Source of the DNA: Gammaproteobacteria bacterium
GTDB lineage: Bacteria; Pseudomonadota; Gammaproteobacteria; JABABF01
Direction: 5' to 3'
Assembly: GCA_965237805.1 (NCBI GenBank)
Contig: OZ250153.1
Location: 416,001-480,000 of the forward strand
DNA: 64,000 nt
Shown: positions 52,950 to 63,601 of the stretch, one piece after another
How positions within the stretch are numbered: position 1 is the stretch's first letter
Layout: each line of letters begins with the position of its first letter
Position numbers and translations under genes: made by a program
The notes under the pieces: generated by a model
Told to the model about the DNA's origin: nothing
Database searches by the model: none
What the model saw: the letters and a program-made list of their open reading frames with translations, nothing else

Positions 52950-53995
52950 ACGGTCTGTGGCAACAGTTGATGGCCGCCCAAGAGAGACTGGCCAATGCGG
53001 CACTACCGCTGGGCGGCGACGGTGAGTTGCAACTGCTGTGGCCACTGGTGCTCGCGCTGGCACCACTGCCACTGGTGGCCAGCTACCTGTTGCCGTCAGC
53101 GGCAATACCGGGCGGCGCATTGCGCACCCCCTTCGCCGCCCAGCTGCGCTCACTCGGCGCGGTCAGTCGCCCGCAGGGCAAGCCAGCACTGCAAATGGCC
53201 GCGTGGGGTATTTGGTTGCTGTTGCTGCTGAGCGCTGCCCGCCCGATATCGGTCGGCGCACCGATCGATCTGCCGGTACTCGCACGCGATATGTTGCTGA
53301 CCGTGGACATCTCCGGCAGCATGAAAGAGCGCGACATGATCGTCGGTGGTCAACGGACGACGCGGCTCGGTGCAGTCAAGGCGGTGGTTGGAGACTTCGT
53401 CAAGCGTCGCCGCGGCGACCGCCTCGGATTGATCCTATTCGGCACCCACCCCTACCTGCAGTGCCCGCTGAGCTTTGACTTGGATGCCGTCGCCACCTTG
53501 CTGCGGGAGGCCTCTATCGGTATCGCTGGCGAATATACATCGATCGGCGATGCCATCGGCCTGTCGGTGCGCCGCCTGCGCGAACGACCGGCCAAGAGCC
53601 GCGTTGTCATACTGCTGACCGATGGCGTCGACAGCGGCCACGGCAAGCTGAGCCCCGAGCGGGCCACCCAGTTGGCAGTCCAAGCGGGCATACGCATCCA
53701 CACCATCGGCTTCGGCGGCGGTGGTCTGCTACGCCGCGCCACGGTGGACGAGGACTCGCTGCGGGCTATCGCTCAAGCGACCGGTGGGCGCTATTTCCGT
53801 GCCCGAGACGCCCGACAATTAGCCAAGATCTACGCCGCCCTTGAGGCGCTGGAGCCGATCGAGCAGGAAGGCGAGACCTTCAGACCAGAGCGGAGTCTGC
53901 TGCACTGGCCCCTAGGCAGTGCCACTGTGTTGAGCTTGGCACTGGCACTGGCACTGACACTGGGTGCCGGGCGCTCGCGCATGCCAGACAGCTGA
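52946..53995 (+). CDS. BatA-like vWA domain protein
   Basis: MIDAS DISGSM, DR.GLILFG, LLTDG, IA..TGGRYFRA. Confidence 0.88.
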   Translation: MNGLWQQLMAAQERLANAALPLGGDGELQLLWPLVLALAPLPLVASYLLPSAAIPGGALRTPFAAQLRSLGAVSRPQGKPALQMAAWGIWLLLLLSAARPISVGAPIDLPVLARDMLLTVDISGSMKERDMIVGGQRTTRLGAVKAVVGDFVKRRRGDRLGLILFGTHPYLQCPLSFDLDAVATLLREASIGIAGEYTSIGDAIGLSVRRLRERPAKSRVVILLTDGVDSGHGKLSPERATQLAVQAGIRIHTIGFGGGGLLRRATVDEDSLRAIAQATGGRYFRARDARQLAKIYAALEALEPIEQEGETFRPERSLLHWPLGSATVLSLALALALTLGAGRSRMPDS

Positions 53996-53998
53996 GCG

Positions 53999-55879
53999 GT
54001 GGACATCGCCAGCCTGCATCTGACGCGCCCGCTGTGGCTGCTCGGCTTGTTGCCAGCGGCGCTGACACTGTGGCTGCTGATGCGCCACTGGAGTGCCGGG
54101 GGCAATTGGTGCCGCGTCATGGAGCAAGCCCTGATGGAGCCCTTGATGGAGCGCGGTGCCGACGGTCGCTGGCTGCCAGCAACCCTACTCGGCCTCGCTT
54201 GGATGCTGGCCTTAGTGGCGCTGTCCGGCCCCGCTTGGGAGCGCGCACCGCAGGCGCTGCGCCAAAGCCGCGAAACCCTGCTGATTGTGATCGACTCCAG
54301 CCGCTCAATGCAGGCCACCGATCTGTCGCCGTCGCGGACAGAACGTGCCCGCGACAAAGTGATGGATATCTTGGACCTGCGTCGAGACGGCCTCTACGCT
54401 CTGGTCGCCTACGCTGGCGATGCCTATGTCATCACACCGGTGACCGATGACGCCGAAACGGTGCGCAACTTGGCGCGCGTGCTGTCGCCCGACATCATGC
54501 CCGCACACGGCAGCAACCCGATGGCGGCGATGAAACTGGTACTGGAACTGCTGACGGGTAGCCAGCTGCGCAGCGGTCGCGTGCTACTGATCACCGATGG
54601 CATCGACGACAACGATGTGACGCCGATGGTGCGCCTGATCAACAGCTCGGGCCTCGAACTCGGCATCCTCGGCATCGGCACACCACGCGGCGCGCCAATC
54701 GCATTGCCACAGGGAGGACAGTTGCGCGATGCGAGCGGTCAAGTGGTGCGAGTACGCCTGGAACGCGCCGCCCTGCTGCGTGTGGCCGAGTTGACTGGCG
54801 GCCTCTACCGCGAGGTGGCACTGGATAATAGCGACATCGAAGCCTTACTCGACCACGCACGGTCGGTCGCACCGAGTACCGAAACCACCGAGCGACAAAC
54901 GGAACAATGGCAAGAATTTGGGGGTGCACTGGTACTGGCGATGCTGCCATTGGCGTTGCTCGCCTTCCGTCGCGGCTGGATGGCCGTATTGGTGCTGGCC
55001 TTGGCCGGGACGCCACCGCCAGCGGCGGCACTGGAGAGTGCCGACTGGTGGCGCTCGCCGGATCAGCGCGGCAAGCAGCTGCTGGAGCAGGGGGACCCCG
55101 AGGCGGCAGCGGATCGCTTCCGCGACCCGGCGTGGCGCGCCGCCGCCCTACACCACGCCGAGCGCCACCGAGAAGCGGCGGCGCTGTGGGCCGAGCGTGA
55201 CGACCCCGACGCGCACTACAACCGCGGCAATGCACTGGCACACCAAGGCCTGATCGCAGAGGCTATCGAAGCCTATAGCGCCGCCCTGAGTCAAAATCCA
55301 GAGCTGGCGGATGCCCGCGCCAACCTCGATTTGTTGCGCTCGCTCTCAGAGCAGGAGAACGAAGAGCTGGCGCACCGAGCTGAACAGGGAGAACAGGGAG
55401 AACAGGGAGAACAGGGAGAGCAGGGAGAGCAGGGAGAACAAGGCGAACAAGGCGAACAGGAGAGGCAAGGCGAGCGGGGGGAACAAGGGCAAGACGGGCA
55501 GTCCGGGGATGACGAGCAACAGCTGGCCGATAGCTCCGATGCGGGAGCTGAACAGAGCGGCGAGGAATCTGCTAGTAGCGCGGGTGACGGCGAAGAAGAC
55601 CTGGCAACTGGAGATGAAGAGCAAAGCACCGCCGCAGCAGAGCACAGTGATGCGACAGCAACTGACGAGGACGGCGATGCCGAACAGCAGAGCGCGGCGG
55701 AAAGGCTGGCAGCACTACAAAGTCAACAAGAGGAAGAGCGCGAGCGAGAGGCCGAGCTCTGGCTCCGCCAAGTGCCAGAGGGGCGCCCGGATCAACTGCT
55801 GCGCAACAAGCTGCTCGCGCAGCACAAGCGGCGGCGAAGCCAAGGCCAAGCCAGCGGCACGAGCCGAGAGCCGTGGTGA
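53999..55879 (+). CDS. BatB/BatC-like vWA + TPR protein with low-complexity linker
   Basis: [28 protein letters not shown], (GEQ)n linker, WLRQVP near the C-terminus. Confidence 0.85.
   Translation: MDIASLHLTRPLWLLGLLPAALTLWLLMRHWSAGGNWCRVMEQALMEPLMERGADGRWLPATLLGLAWMLALVALSGPAWERAPQALRQSRETLLIVIDSSRSMQATDLSPSRTERARDKVMDILDLRRDGLYALVAYAGDAYVITPVTDDAETVRNLARVLSPDIMPAHGSNPMAAMKLVLELLTGSQLRSGRVLLITDGIDDNDVTPMVRLINSSGLELGILGIGTPRGAPIALPQGGQLRDASGQVVRVRLERAALLRVAELTGGLYREVALDNSDIEALLDHARSVAPSTETTERQTEQWQEFGGALVLAMLPLALLAFRRGWMAVLVLALAGTPPPAAALESADWWRSPDQRGKQLLEQGDPEAAADRFRDPAWRAAALHHAERHREAAALWAERDDPDAHYNRGNALAHQGLIAEAIEAYSAALSQNPELADARANLDLLRSLSEQENEELAHRAEQGEQGEQGEQGEQGEQGEQGEQGEQERQGERGEQGQDGQSGDDEQQLADSSDAGAEQSGEESASSAGDGEEDLATGDEEQSTAAAEHSDATATDEDGDAEQQSAAERLAALQSQQEEEREREAELWLRQVPEGRPDQLLRNKLLAQHKRRRSQGQASGTSREPW
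55382..55507 (+). repeat. 9-bp tandem repeat encoding (Glu-Gln-Gly)n
   Basis: GAACAGGGA x4, GAGCAGGGA x2, GAACAAGGC x2, then degenerate units. Confidence 0.9.
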
Positions 55880-57594
55880 TGAAGCTGTGCCACCCGGCCA
55901 CCGCCGTCGCGCTGCTGTTAGCACTGCTGCCAGCAACAGCGCTGTCGGCCAGCATGCGCGCATGGGTCACACCGCCAAGCGCTCGCATCTCATTGGGGGG
56001 CACCTTGCAGTTGCATGTCAAAGTCAATGGCAATGTCGGCAGGCGTCAACCTTTGAATCTGCGCCCGCTGACGGCAGACTTCGACATCGGCCAATCGACC
56101 GGACGCTATCAAGTGATCAATGGCCAAGCGACATCGCTCTGGCAGATCGCCCTCACACCCAAGCGTGCCGGCCAGCTGCAGATCGCCGCGCTGGCCTACG
56201 GCCCGCTGCGTAGCAAAGCGATCGTGATAGAAGTGACACCGCCGCCGTTGGAATACCGACGCGATGCCAAGGGTCCAGTGCTGGCACGGCTGGAGGCGGG
56301 ACTGGAGCGCGAGCGCTCGCCGGTGGAAGCGCAATTGGTCTACACAGTGCGCTTGCTCCATCGCGGCAATTTCGCTTTGCTGCGCAGCAACCCGCCCCCC
56401 TTCCCCAACAATATGCAGATGCGCAAACTGGGGATTCGCAACGGGCGCAATAGCGCTGGCGAGCAGTACACCGAAGAGCGCTACGCCCTCTTCCCACAGC
56501 GTAGCGGCACCCTACAACTCGACGCGCCGACGGCACATGTGCGCGACCAAATCCGCAACCAAGTGGTGGTGCTTTCCGCCAAAGCGGCCAGTGCTGAGAT
56601 CACGCCGCGCCCGGCCACAGCCCAGCTGTGGCTACCCGCACTATCAGTCACAATCAACGACCAATGGGGAATCAACGACCCCAATATCGAAGTGGGCGAA
56701 AGCCTGAACCGCAGCTTGGTGCTCAGCGCAGAGGGTCTGCTGGCCGAACAACTGCCCGCACTGGACATCCCTGAGGTGGCCGGATTGCGCCGCTACCCGG
56801 AACCCGATCAGCTGGAAACCAGTGTCAATCCACACAGCGTCGTCGGGCAACGACACCAGCACAGCAAGCTGATCCCGACCAGCGCTGGCCGCCTCGTGGT
56901 ACCGGAGCTGCGGGTGCCATGGTGGAATGTGGAGAGCAAACAATGGGAAGAAGCTGTGGTGCCAGAGCGCGTACTGTGGGTGTCTGCCGCCCCCAGCGTG
57001 GTGCCGGGCAACTCAGAGGAAGACGCCTCGGACAATAGCTCGAGCAGCTCGGGGGAGGCAGCTGGCGCACCCCCAAGTAACGCGCAGATCCCGCCGTGGC
57101 AACGTGCGGCACCGCGCGATGGCGGCGGTGTCCAACTCGCAGTGGCCGCCACGAGTTGCATATTGATGCTGCTCTTTGCCGGCCTGTGGCTACGCGAATT
57201 GAGTAGGCGGCGGCGCTTCCAGTGGCACTCGTTACAACGGCGTCAGCGACGCAGCGAACGCGGCCGCGGGCGCCTCGTGCGATTGCGCAAAGTCTGTGAG
57301 CAGGGCAGCGCGCGCGAGCTTCGCGACGCATTGCGAGAGTGGGGCGAGCACCATCCGGAGTGGGGCGGTGGCACCCTGTCTGGACTGCGCCACCAGAGCA
57401 CCGAAATGGATGCCGCACTGGGCGGCTTGGAACGTCATCTCTACGCCGCCGATGCAACCGCAGACGATGCCCGAACATGGAGCGGCGCACAATTATGGCA
57501 GGCAGTGGAGTCCTTGCAACGAAAGGCAAGTGAAAAACACAGCGACAAGTCGCCATCGTGGTCGCTACCCGAGCTGTATCCTCATCAGCATTAG
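55873..57594 (+). CDS. BatD family protein
   Basis: Signal peptide, YALFPQRSG, WLPA, Y.E, WWN, C-terminal TM, LPELYP end; last gene of the moxR operon. Confidence 0.8.
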   Translation: MVMKLCHPATAVALLLALLPATALSASMRAWVTPPSARISLGGTLQLHVKVNGNVGRRQPLNLRPLTADFDIGQSTGRYQVINGQATSLWQIALTPKRAGQLQIAALAYGPLRSKAIVIEVTPPPLEYRRDAKGPVLARLEAGLERERSPVEAQLVYTVRLLHRGNFALLRSNPPPFPNNMQMRKLGIRNGRNSAGEQYTEERYALFPQRSGTLQLDAPTAHVRDQIRNQVVVLSAKAASAEITPRPATAQLWLPALSVTINDQWGINDPNIEVGESLNRSLVLSAEGLLAEQLPALDIPEVAGLRRYPEPDQLETSVNPHSVVGQRHQHSKLIPTSAGRLVVPELRVPWWNVESKQWEEAVVPERVLWVSAAPSVVPGNSEEDASDNSSSSSGEAAGAPPSNAQIPPWQRAAPRDGGGVQLAVAATSCILMLLFAGLWLRELSRRRRFQWHSLQRRQRRSERGRGRLVRLRKVCEQGSARELRDALREWGEHHPEWGGGTLSGLRHQSTEMDAALGGLERHLYAADATADDARTWSGAQLWQAVESLQRKASEKHSDKSPSWSLPELYPHQH

Positions 57595-57637
57595 TCATGA
57601 TGCTGTCCCCCAATGAAAGCTACAGCCCGATCACGAC

Positions 57638-58199
57638 CTAGGTATTTTCTGATTGCACCATCCGCTCTAATTGCCCCCACGCTTGCGCCCAAGATCCGCC
57701 ATACGGATGCATCCAAGCTGGGGGATCTGTAGCAGGAAAACCCCACCATGCTGTGTCGCGACCTTGGCGCCCAGTATGCTGGGAAGCGATCTGGCCACCA
57801 CGCCGCCACGCCATGATCACTTGCTTGGGGATCACCCAGCAATGCGCGTCACATGGGCTCAGCCCCAAGCAAGCAACTGCATCATAATTTTGATCTCTAA
57901 TTTGTTGGAACTTGTCAATCCCACTCTGCCATAAAGTTGACGACTTGATTTCAAATCTAAGTCCCTCTATCACCCGATCAGCTGCTGAGTCTGGAGAACG
58001 CATCACATTGCATCCTTTGGCAGCACACCACTCTGCAAAAATCTTCTCTGTAACTGATCCTAATTTTCTGGAAGGCAAATTTTTTTATCCCCCCAAATGG
58101 GCTGTTTCCCCATTCATCTCTATCGGCCATATAATCCAACTTAATGGTTTCTGCGATAGACACCAGAAAATTAACAGCTAGATCTTGTCTGCCTTGCAC
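57638..58199 (-). pseudogene. putative PD-(D/E)XK restriction endonuclease, frameshifted at a G6-AT-A7 tract (58080-58094)
   Basis: Frame 1 reads MQGRQD...W.NSPFGGIK; the next frame continues LPSRK.G...EK....W..AKG...SPDS.ADR.IEG.RFEIK.STLW..G..KFQQIRDQ. Directly downstream of an MTase. Confidence 0.7.
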
Positions 58200-58210
58200 A
58201 ACCCCCTGCT

Positions 58211-59221
58211 TTATTCAAATAATTGCGTTTGCTTTTTTATATTTTTTGGAAAAGAAAAATGAAACGATAAATCAATGTTTCCTTGTGATGCAATTTCTTG
58301 CAAAAATGATCCATCAAAAAGGCATGACAAATTACCTGAATATTTTGCAATAAACCGATTGATCTCATCACGTTTATGATCTGACACGCCATCCATTTCA
58401 ATTGCAATATGGTATGCCTTGAACCTTTCTATCATCACACGGAGTGCTTCCGGATTGCTGTCAATCAACTGAAATTCACGATTGTGATTGGCGGCAGCAA
58501 CGCCAAAGCTGCCACTACCTGCAAAAAAATCCAATAAATGGTCTTCAGGGCGCGAATGCACCTTGACAATACGCTCAAGAATTCCCAAAGGTTTCTGGGT
58601 TGGATAGCCAGTTTTTTCCCGCCCATTGGGGCTCACAATGGTATGCCACCAAACATCCGTTGGCGTTTTTCCACGCGCAGCTTTTTTCGGGCCGACTAAG
58701 CCTGGGGCCATATACGGAATACGATCCATCTCGCTGTAATTAAAAGTGTAATTCTTGGGATCTTTTACATACCATAAGATGGTGTCATGCTTGGCTGACC
58801 AGCGCTTTTTGCTACGGGCACCATAATCATAGGCCCATATGATCTCATTGATAAAATTAGCGCGGCCAAAAATTTGATCGAGCAACACTTTGCAATAGTG
58901 TGCTTCGCGATAATCGCTATGCAGAAAGAAACTGCCGTCATCCGCCAACAGACGGTGTGCCTGCTCTAAGCGCGGTTTCAGGAACCCCAGATAATCATCA
59001 TACGAATCCGCATAGGCACTGCTGCCAAGCTCCAGCGTACGATAACGGCGGCCTTGGAAACCGGTGCGATCACCGTTTTCATCGGGCACGACTTTGATGC
59101 GTGTACGGGACTGATCTTTGCCTGTGTTGAACGGTGGATCGATATAGATCAGATTGAAAGAGCTAGCGGGCAAGGTGGCTAGCAACGGCAAATTATCGCC
59201 AAAAAGAATACGAGGCATCAA
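58211..59221 (-). CDS. beta-class N6-adenine/N4-cytosine DNA methyltransferase
   Basis: Motif IV YIDPPF near the N-terminus, YPTQKP, motif I LDFFAGSGS near the C-terminus; lower GC than its flanks. Confidence 0.92.
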   Translation of the reverse strand: MMPRILFGDNLPLLATLPASSFNLIYIDPPFNTGKDQSRTRIKVVPDENGDRTGFQGRRYRTLELGSSAYADSYDDYLGFLKPRLEQAHRLLADDGSFFLHSDYREAHYCKVLLDQIFGRANFINEIIWAYDYGARSKKRWSAKHDTILWYVKDPKNYTFNYSEMDRIPYMAPGLVGPKKAARGKTPTDVWWHTIVSPNGREKTGYPTQKPLGILERIVKVHSRPEDHLLDFFAGSGSFGVAAANHNREFQLIDSNPEALRVMIERFKAYHIAIEMDGVSDHKRDEINRFIAKYSGNLSCLFDGSFLQEIASQGNIDLSFHFSFPKNIKKQTQLFE

Positions 59222-59404
59222 TCAAAGTGAGGGGAAGGCCGCCACACACACTAGTAATACACGACTATAGCACGCAACCCACCGCCTCCGCTCAAAAAGA
59301 GCCTCGATGTATAGGGCGCACCCATAGCGGAGACACAAATACGGTTGCCCAGCTCCAGCGAAGCGATGCACCCGAGACTCAGCAAATGGCGCAAGCCTTG
59401 CCGG

Positions 59405-62077
59405 TCATACTGAATCAGCCGATGCGGCCATGCTGCGGTCGATCAAGTCGCGCAGTTCACGGGCGTCACCGCAGTTGTCGGCAACCCGGCGCAAGGCGGA
59501 ACGCATGCTACTGGCGGTCTCGCCGTGGTAGCGTGTCCAATCACACAGCGGCAACAAGAGGCGCGCAGCCAGCTGGGCGTTGTGCTCTGCCAAGGCCAAC
59601 ACATGGTCGCCCAAAAAGCGGTAGCCGAGGCCGTCGTCGGCATGAAAATGGAGTGGATTGCCGCTGCTGAAAGCCCCGACCGTGGCGCGCAAGAAGTTCG
59701 GATTGCGCGACTCAAAACTAGGCGCACACATCAGCTGCTGCAGCCGCGGCAGCGCATCGGGTCGGCGATCGGTGGCATGCAGTCGTAGCCAGTGGCATAA
59801 AGTCAGTGCATCAGCACCCCAACGGCGACGAAAATCTTCCCGCAGCTCGGCACGCGGTGCTTCGGCCCGTGGCGCGGAGCAGTTGATCAAGCTGTGCAGT
59901 GCGCTCAGCCGATCGCTGAGATTGTCGCCCCCCCTATAGAGCTGTGTCGCACAGTCGACCAACTGTGCGCCATCACCGTCATCTATCAGCAGCTCTAGCG
60001 CGACAGCGGCCAAGGCGCGCAAACCCATGTCCTCGGATGTGGGACGGTAGCGACCGAGCGCGGCGCGGCAGCGGTGCCAGCACGCCCACAGTGGCTCGCG
60101 CAGCTCCGCCGCCAACAATGTGGCAACGCGTAGCCGGGCGCGGTGCAGGGCGATGGGAGCGATGCGCTCGCCGGTTGAGCTCAGCCAAGTCTCCGAGGGC
60201 AGCTCCAGCATCCGCGCCAACAGCGCCGCCGGGATATCCGTCGCAACCAGCAGTGCGCCATAGCTTTGCACCAACATCGGCGGCAGAGCGGGCGCGGCGA
60301 TAGCCGACTCACAGCGCAGCTGGGCATGGACAGCGCGGCGTAACAGCCGCTGACAGGCATCCCAGCGGCAGAAGGCATCACCGTCCTTGCGCATCAGCAG
60401 CGCCAACTGCGCATCGCTGTAGTCGAAGTTGAGCTCGACCGGTGCCGAGAAACCGCGCAACAGTGATGGCGTCGGCTCCTCGCTCACCCCCTCGAACACA
60501 AATTGGTGCTCGCGCTCGCACAGCTCCAACATCACGCTGTACGCCGCAGGCGCATCGCTGCCAGCCAAACGCAGCGGCAGTTCTCCACCCGCACCCACCA
60601 AGGCCACGGCCAGCGGCATCAACAAGGGCACGGCGCCATCGCCATCGCCGCGCAGCTGCCGCACGGTCAAGCGGTAGCACTGCGCCGCGGCGTCCCACAG
60701 CCCCGACACCTCAAGGCGAGCTGTGCCGTGTTCGGTATACCAGAGCATAAACTGCGACAAATCCCGCCCAGAAGCCTCGGCCATGGCCGCCATCAGCTCC
60801 TCACACCGCACGGCCTGACCACAGTGGCGCTGGAAATACAATTCCGCGCCGCGACGCCACGACGGTGCCCCGACCAGCTGGCGCAACATGCGCATCAGCT
60901 CAGCACCCTTCTCGTAAACCGTCGGGGTGTAGAAATTGGAGATCTCTACATAGTGATCCGGACGTACCGGATGCGCCAATGGACCGGCATCTTCAGCGAA
61001 CTGCACCTCGCGTAAGAAGCGCGCCTCGTCGAGACGGCACACGCCAGAGGGATCCATGTCGGCGGCAAAGCAGGACTCGCGAAACACCGTCAGCCCCTCC
61101 TTGAGACTCAGCTGGAACCAGTCGCGCAGCGTCACGCGGTTGCCGCTCCAATGGTGGAAGTACTCGTGCGCCACCACGCGCTCCACCGCACGGAAATCGC
61201 TGTCGGTGGCGATGTCCGGGGTCGCCAACAAGCACTGCGTGTTGAACAGGTTGAGCCCGGTGTTCTCCATCGCGCCGGAATTGAAATCCTCCACGGCGAC
61301 GAGTTTGAACTCATCCAAGTCGCACTCGAGGCCATACCGCGCCTCATCCCAGTGCATCGCCGCTTGCAGGCTGCGCATGGCGTGGTCGCATTGCTCGCGG
61401 TAGCGGCGATCGACATAGATGCCAAGTTGCAGCTCACGACCGGAGCGAGTGCGATGGCTCGCTTTGATGCAGTCCAACTGACCAGCCACCAAAGCGAATA
61501 AATAGCAAGGTTTGGGGTGGGGATCGTGCCAGACCACACGATAGCGACCATCGGCGTCGCGCCACTGTGACACCAGCTGCCCATTGGACAAAACCACCGG
61601 GCAATCAGCTGGCGCAACCACAGACACCGTGTAGACAGCCAATACATCGGGGCGATCTGGAAAGCAGGTGATCCGTCTGAACCCCTCGGGCTCGCAGTCG
61701 GTGCAGAACAGGCCGCCGCTGCGGTACAGGCCCTCCAAGGCGCGGTTGTCCTGAGGGCGGAGCTGGGTCTCGCACTCCAGCACGCAACGCTCCGGCACAT
61801 CATCCAGCGACAGCAGTTCGCCATCCCACACCAGCCGCTCCAGATCGAGCAGCTGCCCGTCTACGGCCAGACGTACGATCTTCAGCTCGCGCCCATTCAA
61901 CTCCAGTGGCCGCGGCCCGTCGCGCTCGGGGTTGGCGCGCAAGGACAGGCGCGAACGCACCACACTGCACCGCGCATCCAAATCAAAGCGCAGCTGCACC
62001 GCATCCACCAAATAGCTCGGGGGGCGGTAATCTGCGAGCCGCACCACCGAGGCGCTGCCGATGTGCTCAGTCGTCAC
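59405..62077 (-). CDS. pepN: aminopeptidase N (M1 family)
   Basis: RLADYRPP, CEPEGFRRIT, PKPCYLFALVAG, GAMEN, HEYFH.WSGNRVT.RDWFQLSLKEG, VYEKGAE. Confidence 0.94.
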   Translation of the reverse strand: MTTEHIGSASVVRLADYRPPSYLVDAVQLRFDLDARCSVVRSRLSLRANPERDGPRPLELNGRELKIVRLAVDGQLLDLERLVWDGELLSLDDVPERCVLECETQLRPQDNRALEGLYRSGGLFCTDCEPEGFRRITCFPDRPDVLAVYTVSVVAPADCPVVLSNGQLVSQWRDADGRYRVVWHDPHPKPCYLFALVAGQLDCIKASHRTRSGRELQLGIYVDRRYREQCDHAMRSLQAAMHWDEARYGLECDLDEFKLVAVEDFNSGAMENTGLNLFNTQCLLATPDIATDSDFRAVERVVAHEYFHHWSGNRVTLRDWFQLSLKEGLTVFRESCFAADMDPSGVCRLDEARFLREVQFAEDAGPLAHPVRPDHYVEISNFYTPTVYEKGAELMRMLRQLVGAPSWRRGAELYFQRHCGQAVRCEELMAAMAEASGRDLSQFMLWYTEHGTARLEVSGLWDAAAQCYRLTVRQLRGDGDGAVPLLMPLAVALVGAGGELPLRLAGSDAPAAYSVMLELCEREHQFVFEGVSEEPTPSLLRGFSAPVELNFDYSDAQLALLMRKDGDAFCRWDACQRLLRRAVHAQLRCESAIAAPALPPMLVQSYGALLVATDIPAALLARMLELPSETWLSSTGERIAPIALHRARLRVATLLAAELREPLWACWHRCRAALGRYRPTSEDMGLRALAAVALELLIDDGDGAQLVDCATQLYRGGDNLSDRLSALHSLINCSAPRAEAPRAELREDFRRRWGADALTLCHWLRLHATDRRPDALPRLQQLMCAPSFESRNPNFLRATVGAFSSGNPLHFHADDGLGYRFLGDHVLALAEHNAQLAARLLLPLCDWTRYHGETASSMRSALRRVADNCGDARELRDLIDRSMAASADSV

Positions 62078-62927
62078 AGCTAAGCGCCACTTGGTAACCG
62101 GCAAAGCGGCGTATATTCAACACACCACAATCGAACATCAGATACTGCCCCTTGATACCGAGCAGGCACCCCGCCACTGTCGAGCTCTTGTCGAAATTGA
62201 GTTGCTTGAGCGGTGCCGACTCCGAATGTGGGTAACACAGTTCAAGCGGCACCTCCTCTAGCAGGCGGATACTGTCCTCGCCAAAGCGCTGGCGCAGCGT
62301 CACCAAGCCAGCCGCGCACTCAGCCCACAAGCGTTCACGCTGCCCGGACAAGGACAGTGGCGGCGGCGTTCCCAGCATCCGACGCCAATCGGTGTGGCCG
62401 CTGATACCGTCGGCGGCCGCCAACAGCTGCTCGACAAAACCAGCCACTTGGCGCGTGCTGGTGGCGGCGATGGGCAGCGCCTGCACAGCGCCTTGATCCA
62501 GCCAGCGCAGCGGCACTTGATTCAGGCGCGTCAATCCCACCTTCAGACCCGAGGTGTTGGCCAGATACACCCGGTGTTCGGTCATGCACTGCTGCTCGCC
62601 CCAGCGCGGCTCGCGGCAGCTGCCCTCGTGGTAGTGGCAGCGGGTCGGGCTGAGTACGCAGAGATCGCAGCGCGCGAGCCGCTGCGAGCAGCGGTAGCAA
62701 TGGCCTTGGCTGAAGCTGCGCCGCGTACGCGCACCGCAGTACACACAGTGGATCGCACCGCCATGCACCAAGCGCAAACGACGCCCCAGCAAGGGCTCAA
62801 GCGCGAGCACCGTCCAGTCGTCAGCGCCCCCCCGACCCGGCGCTGCCAGCACCATCTCATAGCGCGCCGGGACAGCCAGTTCGATGCGCATCTTGCGCAG
62901 ATGGCCAGCTGCCAGCGCCGCGCTCAT
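62067..62927 (-). CDS. DUF2797 family protein (Cys-rich)
   Basis: G.LRKM, I.C..CG..T.RSF.QG.CY.C, H.VYLANTSG.KVG.TR..Q.P.RW.DQGA, L.GIKGQYL. Confidence 0.8.
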   Translation of the reverse strand: MSAALAAGHLRKMRIELAVPARYEMVLAAPGRGGADDWTVLALEPLLGRRLRLVHGGAIHCVYCGARTRRSFSQGHCYRCSQRLARCDLCVLSPTRCHYHEGSCREPRWGEQQCMTEHRVYLANTSGLKVGLTRLNQVPLRWLDQGAVQALPIAATSTRQVAGFVEQLLAAADGISGHTDWRRMLGTPPPLSLSGQRERLWAECAAGLVTLRQRFGEDSIRLLEEVPLELCYPHSESAPLKQLNFDKSSTVAGCLLGIKGQYLMFDCGVLNIRRFAGYQVALSCDD

Positions 62928-62928
62928 A

Positions 62929-63537
62929 TCAGCTCCGACACTGGCGCCTACGCCGCGGCGTGCGTGCCACATCTAACAGGCCGATCAGCACGCCGCCCAG
63001 CAGGCCGCCGACATGGCCGCCGTTGGCAATGTGCAGGCCGAATAGCAGGCCCAACACGCCGGACAGCCCGATCAGCAAAAACACCAGCAACATCACCGCC
63101 AAGCCCGGCGGCAGCTCGAGACCCGGCCCCCGCAGGCGCTGCCACACCAAGCAGTAGCCCAACAGGGCGTAGCCAACCCCCGACATACCGCCAAACAGCG
63201 GCGACCCACTGATCTGGTACTGCAGCATATTGCCCCCCAAGGCCGCCGCCAACACCACCCCGACCAGTACCCAGCCCCCCCTGAAGCGCTCGATGGCACC
63301 TCCCAGAAGCCATAAGATCAGCCCGTTGAAAGCCGCATGGGCAGTGCTGAAGTGCAGGAAGATCGGCGTGATGAGCCGCCAAGCCTCACCGTTTCCCGGC
63401 GGCTGGTAAAGCAACAGGCGCCACAGTGGCAGGCTCTCACGGCCAACCCAGACCAGCAGCCAACCCAACACCAAGCAGCCGAGCAAGGCGGCCGTGACCG
63501 GCACGCGCCGCAAGGCCGACACCGCCTCATCGAACAT
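62929..63537 (-). CDS. rhomboid family intramembrane serine protease (GlpG-like)
   Basis: WRL.TP.FLHF...H..FN, GGMSGV.YAL, ANG.H.GGL. Confidence 0.9.
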   Translation of the reverse strand: MFDEAVSALRRVPVTAALLGCLVLGWLLVWVGRESLPLWRLLLYQPPGNGEAWRLITPIFLHFSTAHAAFNGLILWLLGGAIERFRGGWVLVGVVLAAALGGNMLQYQISGSPLFGGMSGVGYALLGYCLVWQRLRGPGLELPPGLAVMLLVFLLIGLSGVLGLLFGLHIANGGHVGGLLGGVLIGLLDVARTPRRRRQCRS

Positions 63538-63601
63538 CCCCGCCCCACTCCGCCGCAGAGCTACAGCGCTGCCTCAGCCAAAATGAGCTGTCTGCTCAGA
63601 A

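Noticed and set aside
59255-59270. TAATACACGACTATAG resembles a T7 promoter
   Set aside because: It differs in the specificity core (no GACTCAC), and there are no phage or vector sequences nearby.
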